The notes beneath the pieces were generated by a model. It was not told the DNA's origin. It ran no database searches and was given only the letters and a program-made list of their open reading frames with translations. Shown here one piece after another: positions 30,993 through 41,428 of a stretch of DNA of 64,000 nt. Position numbers and translations under genes: made by a program. The stretch's first letter is position 1. The number at the start of each line of letters is the position of its first letter. The stretch is from Savitreella phatthalungensis (Eukaryota), in NCBI GenBank assembly GCA_051599415.1, contig AP039692.1, forward strand, positions 620,001 to 684,000. The letters are read 5' to 3'.

Positions 30993-31766
30993 ATGCTCTG
31001 TCTTCTGTTCACAGCTCTACTGAGCTCGTTCCACCTGCCTTGCTCCCTAGCTGGCGGTCTCAATGGCCCTGATGCCATCAAGCCTTCTGCCGCGGACGAT
31101 CCGTTTGCCAATGTCAGTGACGTTGAGTCGTTGGAGCGCCGTCAGGCAGCTTGTCCCTCGTACCAGATCTTCACTGCTCGTGGAACTGGTGAGGCACAGG
31201 TGCCGAGCTCGATCGCCGGATCAGGTGCTTTCTCATCAGCCGTTCTTCGTGCCTCGCCTGGCGGACAGAATGAAGGAATCGTTTACTCGGCAAGCGCCTC
31301 CTTCCTGACGAGTGTCGCTGAAGGCGTGGCAGCCTTCAATCGACAGCTTTCAGCTTTCACTGCGCGCTGCCCATCCACACCGATCGTCCTATTTGGCTAC
31401 AGTCAAGGTGCTTGGGTCATCCAGCGTGCACTGGGTTCTACCTCGAGCAATGCTAACATTGTCGCCGTTGTGTTTTGGGGCAATCCGGCTCATCAAGCAG
31501 GTCAATCTCAAAACCAATGCGGTGGCACAGGCTTCGGTACGGTCTCTGCACCGCTGCCTGCCCGCTACGTGCCCATCACCTACGATTGCTGGTAAGCTCC
31601 GTTGTTCGGGACACATCTGACAACAACAGTCACTGACTCCATTCGCAGTGCGCCCGGCGACTCCATTTGTAACACGGTCGGCACGCTTGTTGCCCACCTA
31701 AGCTACCCGATGTCTTCGTCTGGCACGGCTTCTGAGCAATTCGCTATTGCCAAGCTTCGTGGCTGA
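30993..31766 (+). CDS. Secreted cutinase / CE5 esterase 1; exons 30993-31591 and 31649-31766
   Basis: Signal peptide, LERR propeptide, C..ARGTGE and GYSQG nucleophile. Intron GTAAGC..CTGAC..CAG restores CAPGDSIC (Asp) and AHLSY (His). Confidence 0.88.
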
Positions 31767-32862
31767 GCCAGCGCTTGCGCATCTAGGTCTATAGTCTGAT
31801 CACTGTCGCTATCATCATTCACTCATTCAATTCAACGATATCTCTCAACCCCTTTGCCGTCGGGTCAAAAATACGCACAGCACGTGTATGAAAAATCTCC
31901 CATGCTCTTGCGCATCGCAGTGTAAAGCTTCTTTGATCACTGCCATATCTGCAGTCCGGCTAGCGTGAGGCGGGGAAAAGTAGGCGCCTCACGATACAAG
32001 GGGATTTGTCAGGACACGAGTGTCATGGAAGTCATGCTTTATGTGAGACCTGATCACTCTCGAAGTTCAGGATAATGAACACGAGAGAGAGAGACTAAGC
32101 TTGACTGAACTCTACCGTATGTCCATGCGACGATCACAGCGCCAAGACTGATACACGCGGTATTGACCATATGGAAAGGTGGAGAAGTGTCAGTGGAGAA
32201 GTATCGGTGTACGTAAGATATGAGACACGCGCTTTGGCCAATGACATGCCATGTATCATTGACAGGACGATTTGACAGAGTCTACATTCAATCCGTTGCG
32301 TGGGCTCATTGCTCTGAGGTTCTGGGCAGGATGAGCTTTCGGCATCCCTCTGAAGGACTCCGGGCGGGACTCGCGCAAGATATCCTTTTACTCCCTTACC
32401 ATGCAAATTTGTGGATGTCAATCTGCATCGAGCCAAAAACCAGGAACCCGAGAATTTGACAGGAGTAGCAGGAGACGGGCAGTTCATACACCCCGTGGGG
32501 AAAATCAGCGGATTGAACAGTCTCTCGGAGTCAATACACAGAACCAATAATTGACCTGAGCGGCTGCAGCATACACACAAAAGTATGAGAGAGCATGCAC
32601 GTGGAGCACCACCACCGTATAGAGCGTTGCCTCATTTGGGTCCTCATACCGAAGGACACTACCCTGGGCGAGACAAACAGAGCCAGAGCGCCAGACCCGC
32701 GGCTTTATCCTGTTTGTACCGCCTTGCCCAGCAGTACGATCGAGTCGCGGGGATTCAGCAGCCTTTTGAGTCAAAAGGGAAGCACTCAGTAGTGATGCGC
32801 TCAGGCAGACCTTATAAGAGAGCTGCCTGTCCCAAAGACCAACTGATATCTGCTACTTCGAC

Positions 32863-33696
32863 ATGAAATTTGCACTCATCTTCGCAGCATTTACAGCAGC
32901 AGCGCCAACATGTCCGTCTTATCTTGTCTTGATGGCCAGAGGTGTAAGGAAACACAAGCATATTCTTAGCACGACAATAAAGCAGTAACTGACTCACTTG
33001 CTAGACGGGCGAGGTTCAGCAGAATCCTCCTGCGACCGGCAGCTTCGGTGAAGCTGTCATGTCACTTGTACCAGGAGGCATGGGCGTCCAAGCTGAATAC
33101 GACTCCAGCCCAAACTACCTTGTGAACGTCGACGTCGGCGCAAAGGATGTCATCAAGAAGGTCGGCGATTTTGTCGCGCTGTGCGGCATGTCGACACCAA
33201 TCGTGCTTTTCGGGTAAGTCGCTTCCTGCATCTCATTGTCAGCCCTTGTCTCGCAAACGATGTCTAACCATTTCCTAACAGATACTCACTCGGCGCTTGG
33301 GTCGTCACACGCGCTCTAGAGCAGGGCATGCCGCAAGCAAACATCTCGAGCATCCACTTCTGGGGCAATCCGACGCGTCAGTCTATGAGCGCTCCTTACC
33401 ACGCACAGAACCGGTGTGGCTGTCAAGGAAGTGGTCAGGAATCGCTGCTTGAGAAGTCGTTTGACCCCTCATGGTGGCCACTCATTACCGACTGCGGAGC
33501 GCCGCTCGACATTGTCGCTTGCACTGTCGGCACGATCGCCCAGCACACATCGGCCTACACGACCGGCGGATTCGGCCTCGCGACCGCTCAAGACGCCGCA
33601 CAGAAGCTCGTCCAAACGCTTGGTCTCAATTTGACCATTCCAGGCGGACTACCTGCGGGTAACACACCTGTCAACGACTACTTTGCCGCGCTCTAG
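32863..33696 (+). CDS. Secreted cutinase / CE5 esterase 2; introns 32944-33004 and 33214-33281
   Basis: MKFALIFAAFTAAAPTCPSYLVLMARG|TGE; spliced GYSLG nucleophile; WGNP, CGAPLDIVAC and QHTSAY. Both introns are GTAAG..AG with branch sites. Confidence 0.85.
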
Positions 33697-33754
33697 TATC
33701 ATCAATTGTATCAAGACTTGATTAGAAAATTAGTCACTAAGGTGGCGTGCGACC

Positions 33755-35431
33755 TCACTGGTACGCCTCGCTCGATTTCCTATACGCCGCCAAAGCTCTT
33801 TGTTTTGACTCTTCCCAGTTCACGCATGGTTCGGGGTAGCCGAGCTTGGCAAATTCGTCTTTTGACAGCCGTTCGAACGGCATGTAGATTGCGGGCGTAG
33901 GCACATCCTTCAGCTCCGGAACCCACTTACGAATGTAGTCGCCGGTTGAGTCATTCCGTTCCGCCTGGGACACGGGGTGGAAGAGCGTGTAGGAAGGCTG
34001 CCAGGAGATCGTGTTGACGACGGGCGAGTGGTCAATCAGCATCACCGTAAAGTGCCAACAACCGCGTCGCCAATCAATCAGCTGATTTGCTCTCAGAAAG
34101 CTTGCCGTGTTCATCCTCACTCGATTGTGCATCCACGCCTCTGCCTTGAGTTGTCGCATCCCTGCATCTACCAGCGGATAGCCAGTTTTGCCATCCACCC
34201 ATTTTTGCCACTGATCCTCATCCTCCAGCCATTCGATATCAGCCATTCGCAAGGACTGAGGTAAATTCATGAGCATATGAGGCTGAATCGTGATGAGCTG
34301 TTGATAGAATTCGCGGAAGACGATCTCACGAATCCAGCCATTGATACCTGGGTTGCCCTTCGAACTCGCAAAATCAGTCGAGCCGTTGTTGTGTTCTTTG
34401 CACAAGGCGACACATTCACGAGGTGATATGGCGCCTGTGTTGAGGTATAACGACATTCGCGAGGTGGAATCGGATGATGGATCGGACCGTGTATCGGCAT
34501 ATTTGTCAACCATGTCGCTAAGAAATGCTTCCAGTCGCTTTCGCGCTGCTTTGTATCCAGCCGGCCACAGCTTTCGAATCTCCTTTGCATTCTCGTAGTC
34601 CGGCTCAGACGGTACTTTGGAGGAAAATAAGCCCGAGTCTTCAAGCTTGGCTGCTTGCTCGTCCGTGTTGCCACTGGGTGATGGTACTTGTTCCAGCTTC
34701 GCATGTTTCATCTCAGATATCCATTCCCGCCAGTACGGCGTGTATACTTTATGCAAGCCACCCGAGCCAGTATGTAACGTTCCAGGGTCGATGACGCACT
34801 GGTCGTGCAGAAGCTCGAAGTGCACGTCATCCAAATCCGTTGCCAGTGCAATATCTCTGCGCAATTCGTCCACCTCGTACTCGTAGTTCGCGTAGACATG
34901 AGAGATTTCGTGCTTGCGAATGAATGAGATTAAGTCAGGAACGACTGCTTTTCTCGTAGACGCCTCGTGGAAGTACAGTGGGATGTTTTCCTTTCGTAGT
35001 TCGGCCTGGAGATCTGCAACGCTCTTGAGTAAGAAGTCGCGCCGTGCTGGAGCACATCCATGCCATTCGAGATCTTTTGGCGAATGGACAAACAGTGTGA
35101 TCAGCGGCTTGCCAGAGGAATCGGCCTGTTCACTTGCCTTGTGGAGAGCGCGATTGTCCTTCAGCCTGAGGTCCTTGGAGCGGAACCAGTGCAAGATGTT
35201 ACCAACGCTTTTAGGCGATGATCGCTTATTGAGCAAGTCCTCGAGCTGATTGAACGGAGGATCCTCGTCAATTTCCTTCGCCCGCTCGATAGACGGACAC
35301 TTCTGCCATGGTTCAACAGACTGCCGAGCCTTTTTAGCCGGTCTCGAGGCCTCTTTGGCTGAAGCGCGCTTTCCCATTGTGTGGAAAAGTCGTTGTCGCC
35401 ATGTCGTCATCGATTTCAGTCGACCGAACAT
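33755..35431 (-). CDS. Class I CPD photolyase-like cryptochrome/photolyase family protein (divergent C-terminus)
   Basis: HWFRSKDLRLKDNRAL, TSRMS, REFY, GKTGYPLVDAGMRQL, WMHNRVRM and GDYIRKWVPEL. Start codon uncertain. Confidence 0.88.
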   Translation of the reverse strand: MFGRLKSMTTWRQRLFHTMGKRASAKEASRPAKKARQSVEPWQKCPSIERAKEIDEDPPFNQLEDLLNKRSSPKSVGNILHWFRSKDLRLKDNRALHKASEQADSSGKPLITLFVHSPKDLEWHGCAPARRDFLLKSVADLQAELRKENIPLYFHEASTRKAVVPDLISFIRKHEISHVYANYEYEVDELRRDIALATDLDDVHFELLHDQCVIDPGTLHTGSGGLHKVYTPYWREWISEMKHAKLEQVPSPSGNTDEQAAKLEDSGLFSSKVPSEPDYENAKEIRKLWPAGYKAARKRLEAFLSDMVDKYADTRSDPSSDSTSRMSLYLNTGAISPRECVALCKEHNNGSTDFASSKGNPGINGWIREIVFREFYQQLITIQPHMLMNLPQSLRMADIEWLEDEDQWQKWVDGKTGYPLVDAGMRQLKAEAWMHNRVRMNTASFLRANQLIDWRRGCWHFTVMLIDHSPVVNTISWQPSYTLFHPVSQAERNDSTGDYIRKWVPELKDVPTPAIYMPFERLSKDEFAKLGYPEPCVNWEESKQRALAAYRKSSEAYQ

Positions 35432-35567
35432 GGGAATCAAGGTTTCGAGTGAGCTACATTTATCGAGATCAATTGTGCATATTTTGTACAACAGCTGCTT
35501 AGAGACAAGGTCAATGTATTTTATGTACGGTGGTATGGCAGGACGCTAAAGCGCCGTTTGAATATGT

Positions 35568-37409
35568 TTACATGCCGCCAAAGATCGAGCCGATGATAGG
35601 CGGCATGCCAGTCTGATCGACGACTGGCGCAGAGGAGGTGGAAGCGGATGGAACGGCGCTGGCCAAATCAACTGTCGAAGTCGGCGCCACAACCGAGGCC
35701 GCGTCAGTAGACAGGCTGGTCGGAACAACGGACGAGACGACCAAAGTGGTCGAAGCAGCGTCGGTCGACAGGCTTGTTACAACGGCTGATGAGACAGCTG
35801 GTGCGGTCGGCACAGAGGAAACGATCACAGTGCTCGAGAGGGCATCTGTCGGTAGACTTGTTGCCACAGTGGGGGAGGTAGCCAAAGTGGTCGAAGGGAT
35901 AACACTTGTCGCTGCTACCACGCTCGACACAAGGTCCGTAGCCACGGATGCGACGCTTGAAACAGCGGTGGAGACCACTGCTGCGCTCGACGCAATATCG
36001 CTGGGCAGAGCGGCTGTGCTCGATGGTGCAATAGGCGCAAGGGTAGCGACACTGGACGAGAGGGCGCTTGCCACGGCTGCTGCACTTGACGCAACGTCGC
36101 TCGGTGCTGCTGCCACGGTCGAGACGACTGCGCTCGGAATCACCGAAGCGGTCGGTAGAGTGAGTGACGATGCGGAAGAGGAGCTGAACGAGGGTAGGGC
36201 CGGGATTGATAGGCTTGGCGGAGACAAGCTCGATGACGGAAGTGTTGGTGGTGCGGGAATGCTCAGCGAGCCTGATGGGCTAGGCAGGACCGGGATTGAA
36301 AGGCTTGGCGGAGACATGCTCGATGACGGGAGTTGTGGTGGTGCGGGAATGCTCAGCGAGCCTGATGGGCTAGGCAGGACGCTTGCTGGCACGCTTGGGG
36401 CAACAGAGATCACTGGGGCCGATGATGCACTGACCGGCACACTCGGGATCGCAGAGATGACCGGCGATGACGGCGCGCTTGCCGGCACACTGGGGAGAGC
36501 AGAAATGACCGGAGGTGATGGTGCGCTTGCTGGAGCACTCGGGATAGCAGAGATGACCGGTCGCGACGGCGCAATTGCTGGCACGCTCGAGATGGCAGAG
36601 ATTACAGGTGGCGATGGCTTGGGAATGGCCTTGGTAGTGAAGCGGCCTGGCACGATGCCGGGCGGCTTTGCCATGCTGGCGGCTGCAGCGCTGGCACGGG
36701 ACTTGATGGAGGACAAGCGCGAGGATGCCTGGCTGAAGCGGGACTTTGCCGAGGATGCTTGGGCGGATAGGGCTGCCTCGACGGACTTGACGCTTGCGAT
36801 GGCAGAAAAAGCGACTGGAACCATCGCAGCAGCGGAACCGGTCTTGATCGCTTGTACCTGAGCGTCGATTGAGCTCAATTGGTTGGAAACGACGCCGACT
36901 TGCAAGTTGACCAGGTTGGTCATGTCATTGATCCCGACAAGCTGGGACTGTTGAATGGATTTAGCGGCGTCGAGCGATGAGATCTGCGAGTTGATTGTGG
37001 AGAGCTCGACTGTGATTGTGACAAGCTCGACGCCCACTTGAGAAAGCGAACGTCCAAGAGAGACGGCCGATGATGCAATCGCTCTGCCCTGAGCAGTGAG
37101 GATGCTTGCAGCAGCAGCGGCGGCAGCCTGTGAACGTGCGGCCGCGGCCGCAGCAGCAGCTTGCGACCGTGCAGCGGCAGCGGCAGCAGCAGCTTGTGAT
37201 TTAGCAGCGGCAGCGGCGGCAGCAGCTTGTGATCGTGCAGCTGCAAGCCCGGAATCAACTGAATTAGGGATTGTTCTGCCAGCAGGCACTCCCGGAATGC
37301 CTCCCAGAGGCAGACCCGCTAGAGGGTTGCCTCCACCTGCATTTGGGATGAGGTGACCGAGATCGATGGCGACCACGGCGGGGACAAGGTAGAGGATGGA
37401 GAACTTCAT
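35568..37409 (-). CDS. Secreted Ser/Ala/Pro-rich mucin-like protein with coiled coil and internal repeats
   Basis: Signal peptide MKFSILYLVPAVVA, (A)nRSQ repeats, a heptad region, PVISAIPS repeats and an S/T-rich tail. Confidence 0.75.
   Translation of the reverse strand: MKFSILYLVPAVVAIDLGHLIPNAGGGNPLAGLPLGGIPGVPAGRTIPNSVDSGLAAARSQAAAAAAAAKSQAAAAAAAARSQAAAAAAAARSQAAAAAAASILTAQGRAIASSAVSLGRSLSQVGVELVTITVELSTINSQISSLDAAKSIQQSQLVGINDMTNLVNLQVGVVSNQLSSIDAQVQAIKTGSAAAMVPVAFSAIASVKSVEAALSAQASSAKSRFSQASSRLSSIKSRASAAAASMAKPPGIVPGRFTTKAIPKPSPPVISAISSVPAIAPSRPVISAIPSAPASAPSPPVISALPSVPASAPSSPVISAIPSVPVSASSAPVISVAPSVPASVLPSPSGSLSIPAPPQLPSSSMSPPSLSIPVLPSPSGSLSIPAPPTLPSSSLSPPSLSIPALPSFSSSSASSLTLPTASVIPSAVVSTVAAAPSDVASSAAAVASALSSSVATLAPIAPSSTAALPSDIASSAAVVSTAVSSVASVATDLVSSVVAATSVIPSTTLATSPTVATSLPTDALSSTVIVSSVPTAPAVSSAVVTSLSTDAASTTLVVSSVVPTSLSTDAASVVAPTSTVDLASAVPSASTSSAPVVDQTGMPPIIGSIFGGM
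36201..36380. repeat. 2 x 90-bp tandem duplication within the mucin-like CDS
   Basis: 36201-36290 and 36291-36380 differ at 5 of 90 positions; each copy encodes a 30-aa unit VLPSPSGSLSIPAPP... Confidence 0.95.
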
Positions 37410-39789
37410 CTTGGATCCTCAAGGATACTGATGGATGTTCTTCGGAGGTCATCAGCATCATCTTATATTCCTGTAGTGAGAGGGTCGGAGCATTGTGCGC
37501 AGGATCCGGGGCATCAGTCCGCTGGAACTGCAGGAGTTCAACCACAATTTTCGGCATCTTCTCGAGACAGTCATCATCAGCATCATTCTCAATGTTGCCA
37601 ATGGTTGTTGTCGCTGTCCCTGTCGTGATTGTTGCTCATACACAGTCAATCAAAATAAGCATTGATGCTGTGGCTTGTAAATCCGAGGGAGCCGGATAGA
37701 GGTTCACCTGTCAAACACTTCCCCGGAATCCTACATCCGTATGGTGTCAATTGAAGAAGAAGTGCAAATGTGAAATACAGCCAATCATTGAGCTAGGAGA
37801 TTTCCGCGAACGGAACGGTTTGGCGAATCCAGCCGACGGCACTTTCTGAATGCGGACTCCTTGACTCTCAGATTATGTCAAAAATTGTTAGAACGTTCGG
37901 AACCTGCGCAGGTGAGGGAAGCTCTACGGACGTTCGATTGGATGTACCCGAGCTTAAAGATTCCTGCCTCTTGAAGAGCATATCCAGAATCGACTTGCTC
38001 GGGCCTGTGAAATTGAAGTCGAACTGGTCATAATCTCTTGAGCTGTAGAGCATAAGTGAGTTGAAGTCTTCAGATGGCAAGTTTCACACCAGGAAGGCCA
38101 ACCCAACAAACTCGTCTGTTTCTTCCCTATCCAGCGAATTACTCATCCGCGGATTGCCTGAGGCAGGGAGACTATTGGTCAAGCTCATTCCAATCCCGGG
38201 TTACGTGCAGCGATATGCATGTAGCGGATGTTGGTGTCGACGCTTGCAGTTGTCAAAACTATTCTTGGTGCGAGGGCAGTGGCTAGTCCATAACCAGTTT
38301 CCAGCACCGGACGCCAGCGGGGGACGGATTGGTCTCACCCTTTGAGGAGAGGCCCAATCGAGGTATGTCATCGGGGACGTCCAAGCAACAACTCATGTCT
38401 TCAAGTGGCACTAACCACTGCGGATAGCTCCGTCTGGTTATTTCGACTGTCTTCTCTTTAGCACACTTCAAGCGCATCTTCGACGCGACGATGCGAAACA
38501 CAGTGAAGTTTGGCCCTGGCATAGTTGCGCTTCCTTTCATAACGATGTCGTGCATGATTTGCCGGATTGCTTGACAAATGTGCTTTCGATTAGGCAAGGG
38601 AGCGTCACGACAAGGTTTTATTCAAGACAGGAACAAGTGATCAACATACAAATTCATGGGCAATGCGATATCTCTGTGGTTCAGTCCGGCGCGCGTGCCA
38701 CGGCCTGTGATCAACGTCGTGGCAGTTTGAACCTCATCGAAAGCACAGAAGAGCCAGGGCATGCGACAAGAGATTGCTGCCGGCAGCTGTCGTGAAGTCA
38801 CTAGGTGGGAGACTACACGTGCACAAGCATAAGTGCTTCATGATCACGTGTATAGCTGAGCAGCACGATATCAAGTGCTCACACCGCTACAGATATCAAG
38901 ATGTACAATGCTGTCTTGACCGAATTCAGTTCCAGATTTCAAGCTCGATCGCGTGCGCTCTCTGCCTGAGGTAAATCCATTTCATATAAATTAAATCAGT
39001 TCTAAGCAGGTCAAAGAGAGCTCAATTCTATTTATAGTATACTGACTGATTGATTTATGGTAAAACCATCTTGGTTGTTGTTCCCTTGACCAAGGTATCA
39101 TCGCCCTAATCAGACCAGCGCATTTTCAAGACGGGAATTTCTACAATACAGATATACACACAGGTTTGGATACGGCAAGCTGGTTCGATCTTGAGGATTC
39201 CCTTAATTAGAAACAACATATATGTACACGTGTCCATAGTCCAAAGAATTTGATATCGTGCACACGGGTACTGAAAATTATAGAATGATCAGCCAAATAT
39301 CTAGCCGCGTATGTGCATAGGTAAATCAATTTACTACGTTATACCGATTAATGCTAAGGGCTAGCTGTGTGCATCTGTGGACGTGTTTTTGTCAGTTGTT
39401 TTGATGCTCAAAAAGTGCAGTCAATTAGACAGCGCGCGCATATACAATACCCAAAAGATTGTAGCTCAAAAGCGGGAGAGGGGCGCGCGCGTGACCCATA
39501 AAGCTTGAGCCGCGTGCCTGTATCCTTTTCTACTCGTTGCAAGCGCCCTTGAGGAATCCCCGGAGCAATCGCCTCGTCTGCTCAGACGCGCTACCACGGT
39601 CATCCGCTGGTACTCTCATCCCGTGTACATCACAGCATTACTCAATCATCGTTGCACACAAATCAGTACGGTTTCCTGAGGGTGCATTGAGCTCCTAAGA
39701 CAGTAAGACAGTCCTACGCCGAAGCTCGAGTCGCGATCGATACTTATCCACTCGCCAGCCTGATCAAGGATCTCTCACACCCAGAAAAG

Positions 39790-41376
39790 ATGTCAGATAC
39801 ACTGCCTGGCACTGTGCCGCTCGTTGCCGATGACAAGATCATTCTCGAGCCTCAACCTTCGCAGGACCCCGAAGATCCCCTGAACTGGCCACTGAGCGAG
39901 AAACTCACAACCTTTGGCATTCTATGTGTCGGGGCCATCCTCTCCGCTGTTCTCAATCCAATCCTGGCCACAAATTCCCTCCACCTGCTCTTCGAATTCA
40001 AGAAGCCTTTGAACGACATTGCAATGCTGACAGGCTACCAGCTTGTTGGTGTTGCTTGTGCCGGGCCTTTCTTTAACGCATCTTGCAGACTCTTTGGTCG
40101 TCGTCACACCTACATTGCTGGCATGATGCTCATGCTTGCAGGCTCTTGGTGGGCGGCAGCAACAGATTCCTACAATGCGTTGCTGGGCGCACGCATTGTC
40201 CAGGGCCTCGGCGTCATGCCGTATGAGGCACTTCTCTCACTTACCGTGGCAGACCTCTTCTTTGTCCATCAGCGCGGACTTTACTACGCTGTGTATGCCA
40301 TCGCCTACATTGCAGGAGCGTTCCTCGGACCAATCATCGTGACGCAGATTATCGTTCGCCACAATCAGCAGTGGGCGTTCGGCGTGCTTGGCGGCTTCTG
40401 CGCCGTAGAACTTGTGCTTGTCTGGCTCTTCGTCAAAGAGACGGCCTATATCAGAAAGAACGATGCTACATCTGCACAGATTCAGGCCCGACATTCCGAC
40501 TCTGAGGAAAAGTCTGCGACGACCGTTGACACCACTCTAGTCTATCAGACCTCTGATCGAGCTGTCCTTCGCAAAGCTAAATTTCCCTCGACTTATTATG
40601 CGGGTCTGAATCCATTCTCTCAGCGCTATTCGAGAGCCAACCCTATCAACCTCCTCCTCAGGCCATTGTACCTCTTCTTTGTTCACCCAGCAGTCTTCCT
40701 GGGCGCGGCGTTACAGGCCATGCCCGTCGGCACGACAATCCTGCCCGCCACGATCATCGCAGCTCTGTTTGCCGTTCCGCCTTACAGCCTGACGATCCAG
40801 AAGATCTCATACCTCTACGCTGGGCCAACAGTGGCAGCCATCATCGCCTTTCCACTTGCCGGACTGTCGTCAGACTGGTTCTCTAAATTCATCGCCAAAC
40901 GCTTCCGCTCGGGTATTCACGAGGCCGAGACCCGTCTCTTTGTCGTCCTTGGCATGGCGATCTGCACGGCGATCGGGCTCTTTGGATTCGGCCGACAGAT
41001 TCGCCATGACACGGCAGAGTATCGTCATACACTCCACCTCCAATCGGCCGTTCCCTCGGCCATCCTGTTCGGCTTCATCGTCTGCGCAGTCGTCTTTGCC
41101 AACGTCGCCACAGGCGCATATTTCGCAGACGCTTACCCTGCAATCGCTCTTGACGCGTACGTGTCTGGACTTATCGTGAAGAATCTGGTGGGCTACGCGC
41201 TCACCAGGCAGGGATTCCCTTGGATTCTACGTGACGGCATTGTGAAAACGCTCGACGTGCTCGGCGGCATTCAACTTGGGTTATGTGCACTCGCTATCCC
41301 ACTATGGATCTTCGGCAAGCAGATCAGACGTGCTACTTACAGATCGCCCTTCATCGTCCGTGCACTCGACCTCTGA
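39790..41376 (+). CDS. MFS transporter (HOL1-like/DHA1-related)
   Basis: PQPSQDPEDPLNWP, FGRR, ARIVQGLG, DLFFVHQRG, KET and EAETRL; about 12 TM. Confidence 0.88.
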   Translation: MSDTLPGTVPLVADDKIILEPQPSQDPEDPLNWPLSEKLTTFGILCVGAILSAVLNPILATNSLHLLFEFKKPLNDIAMLTGYQLVGVACAGPFFNASCRLFGRRHTYIAGMMLMLAGSWWAAATDSYNALLGARIVQGLGVMPYEALLSLTVADLFFVHQRGLYYAVYAIAYIAGAFLGPIIVTQIIVRHNQQWAFGVLGGFCAVELVLVWLFVKETAYIRKNDATSAQIQARHSDSEEKSATTVDTTLVYQTSDRAVLRKAKFPSTYYAGLNPFSQRYSRANPINLLLRPLYLFFVHPAVFLGAALQAMPVGTTILPATIIAALFAVPPYSLTIQKISYLYAGPTVAAIIAFPLAGLSSDWFSKFIAKRFRSGIHEAETRLFVVLGMAICTAIGLFGFGRQIRHDTAEYRHTLHLQSAVPSAILFGFIVCAVVFANVATGAYFADAYPAIALDAYVSGLIVKNLVGYALTRQGFPWILRDGIVKTLDVLGGIQLGLCALAIPLWIFGKQIRRATYRSPFIVRALDL

Positions 41377-41428
41377 TCGCGAACCCTGCATGCTAGACGT
41401 AGGTTCGACCTCAATTTTAATGACATTA

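Noticed and set aside
36201..36380. Using the 90-bp duplication as a test for RIP activity
   Set aside because: Only 1 of 5 differences is a transition and the repeat is shorter than typical RIP targets, so it is uninformative.
35638..36861. 407-aa plus-strand ORF
   Set aside because: Antisense shadow of the low-complexity mucin-like gene; no independent motifs.
37868..38660. Short minus-strand ORFs that might be a decayed gene
   Set aside because: Frames are interrupted, with no motif or consistent splice model.
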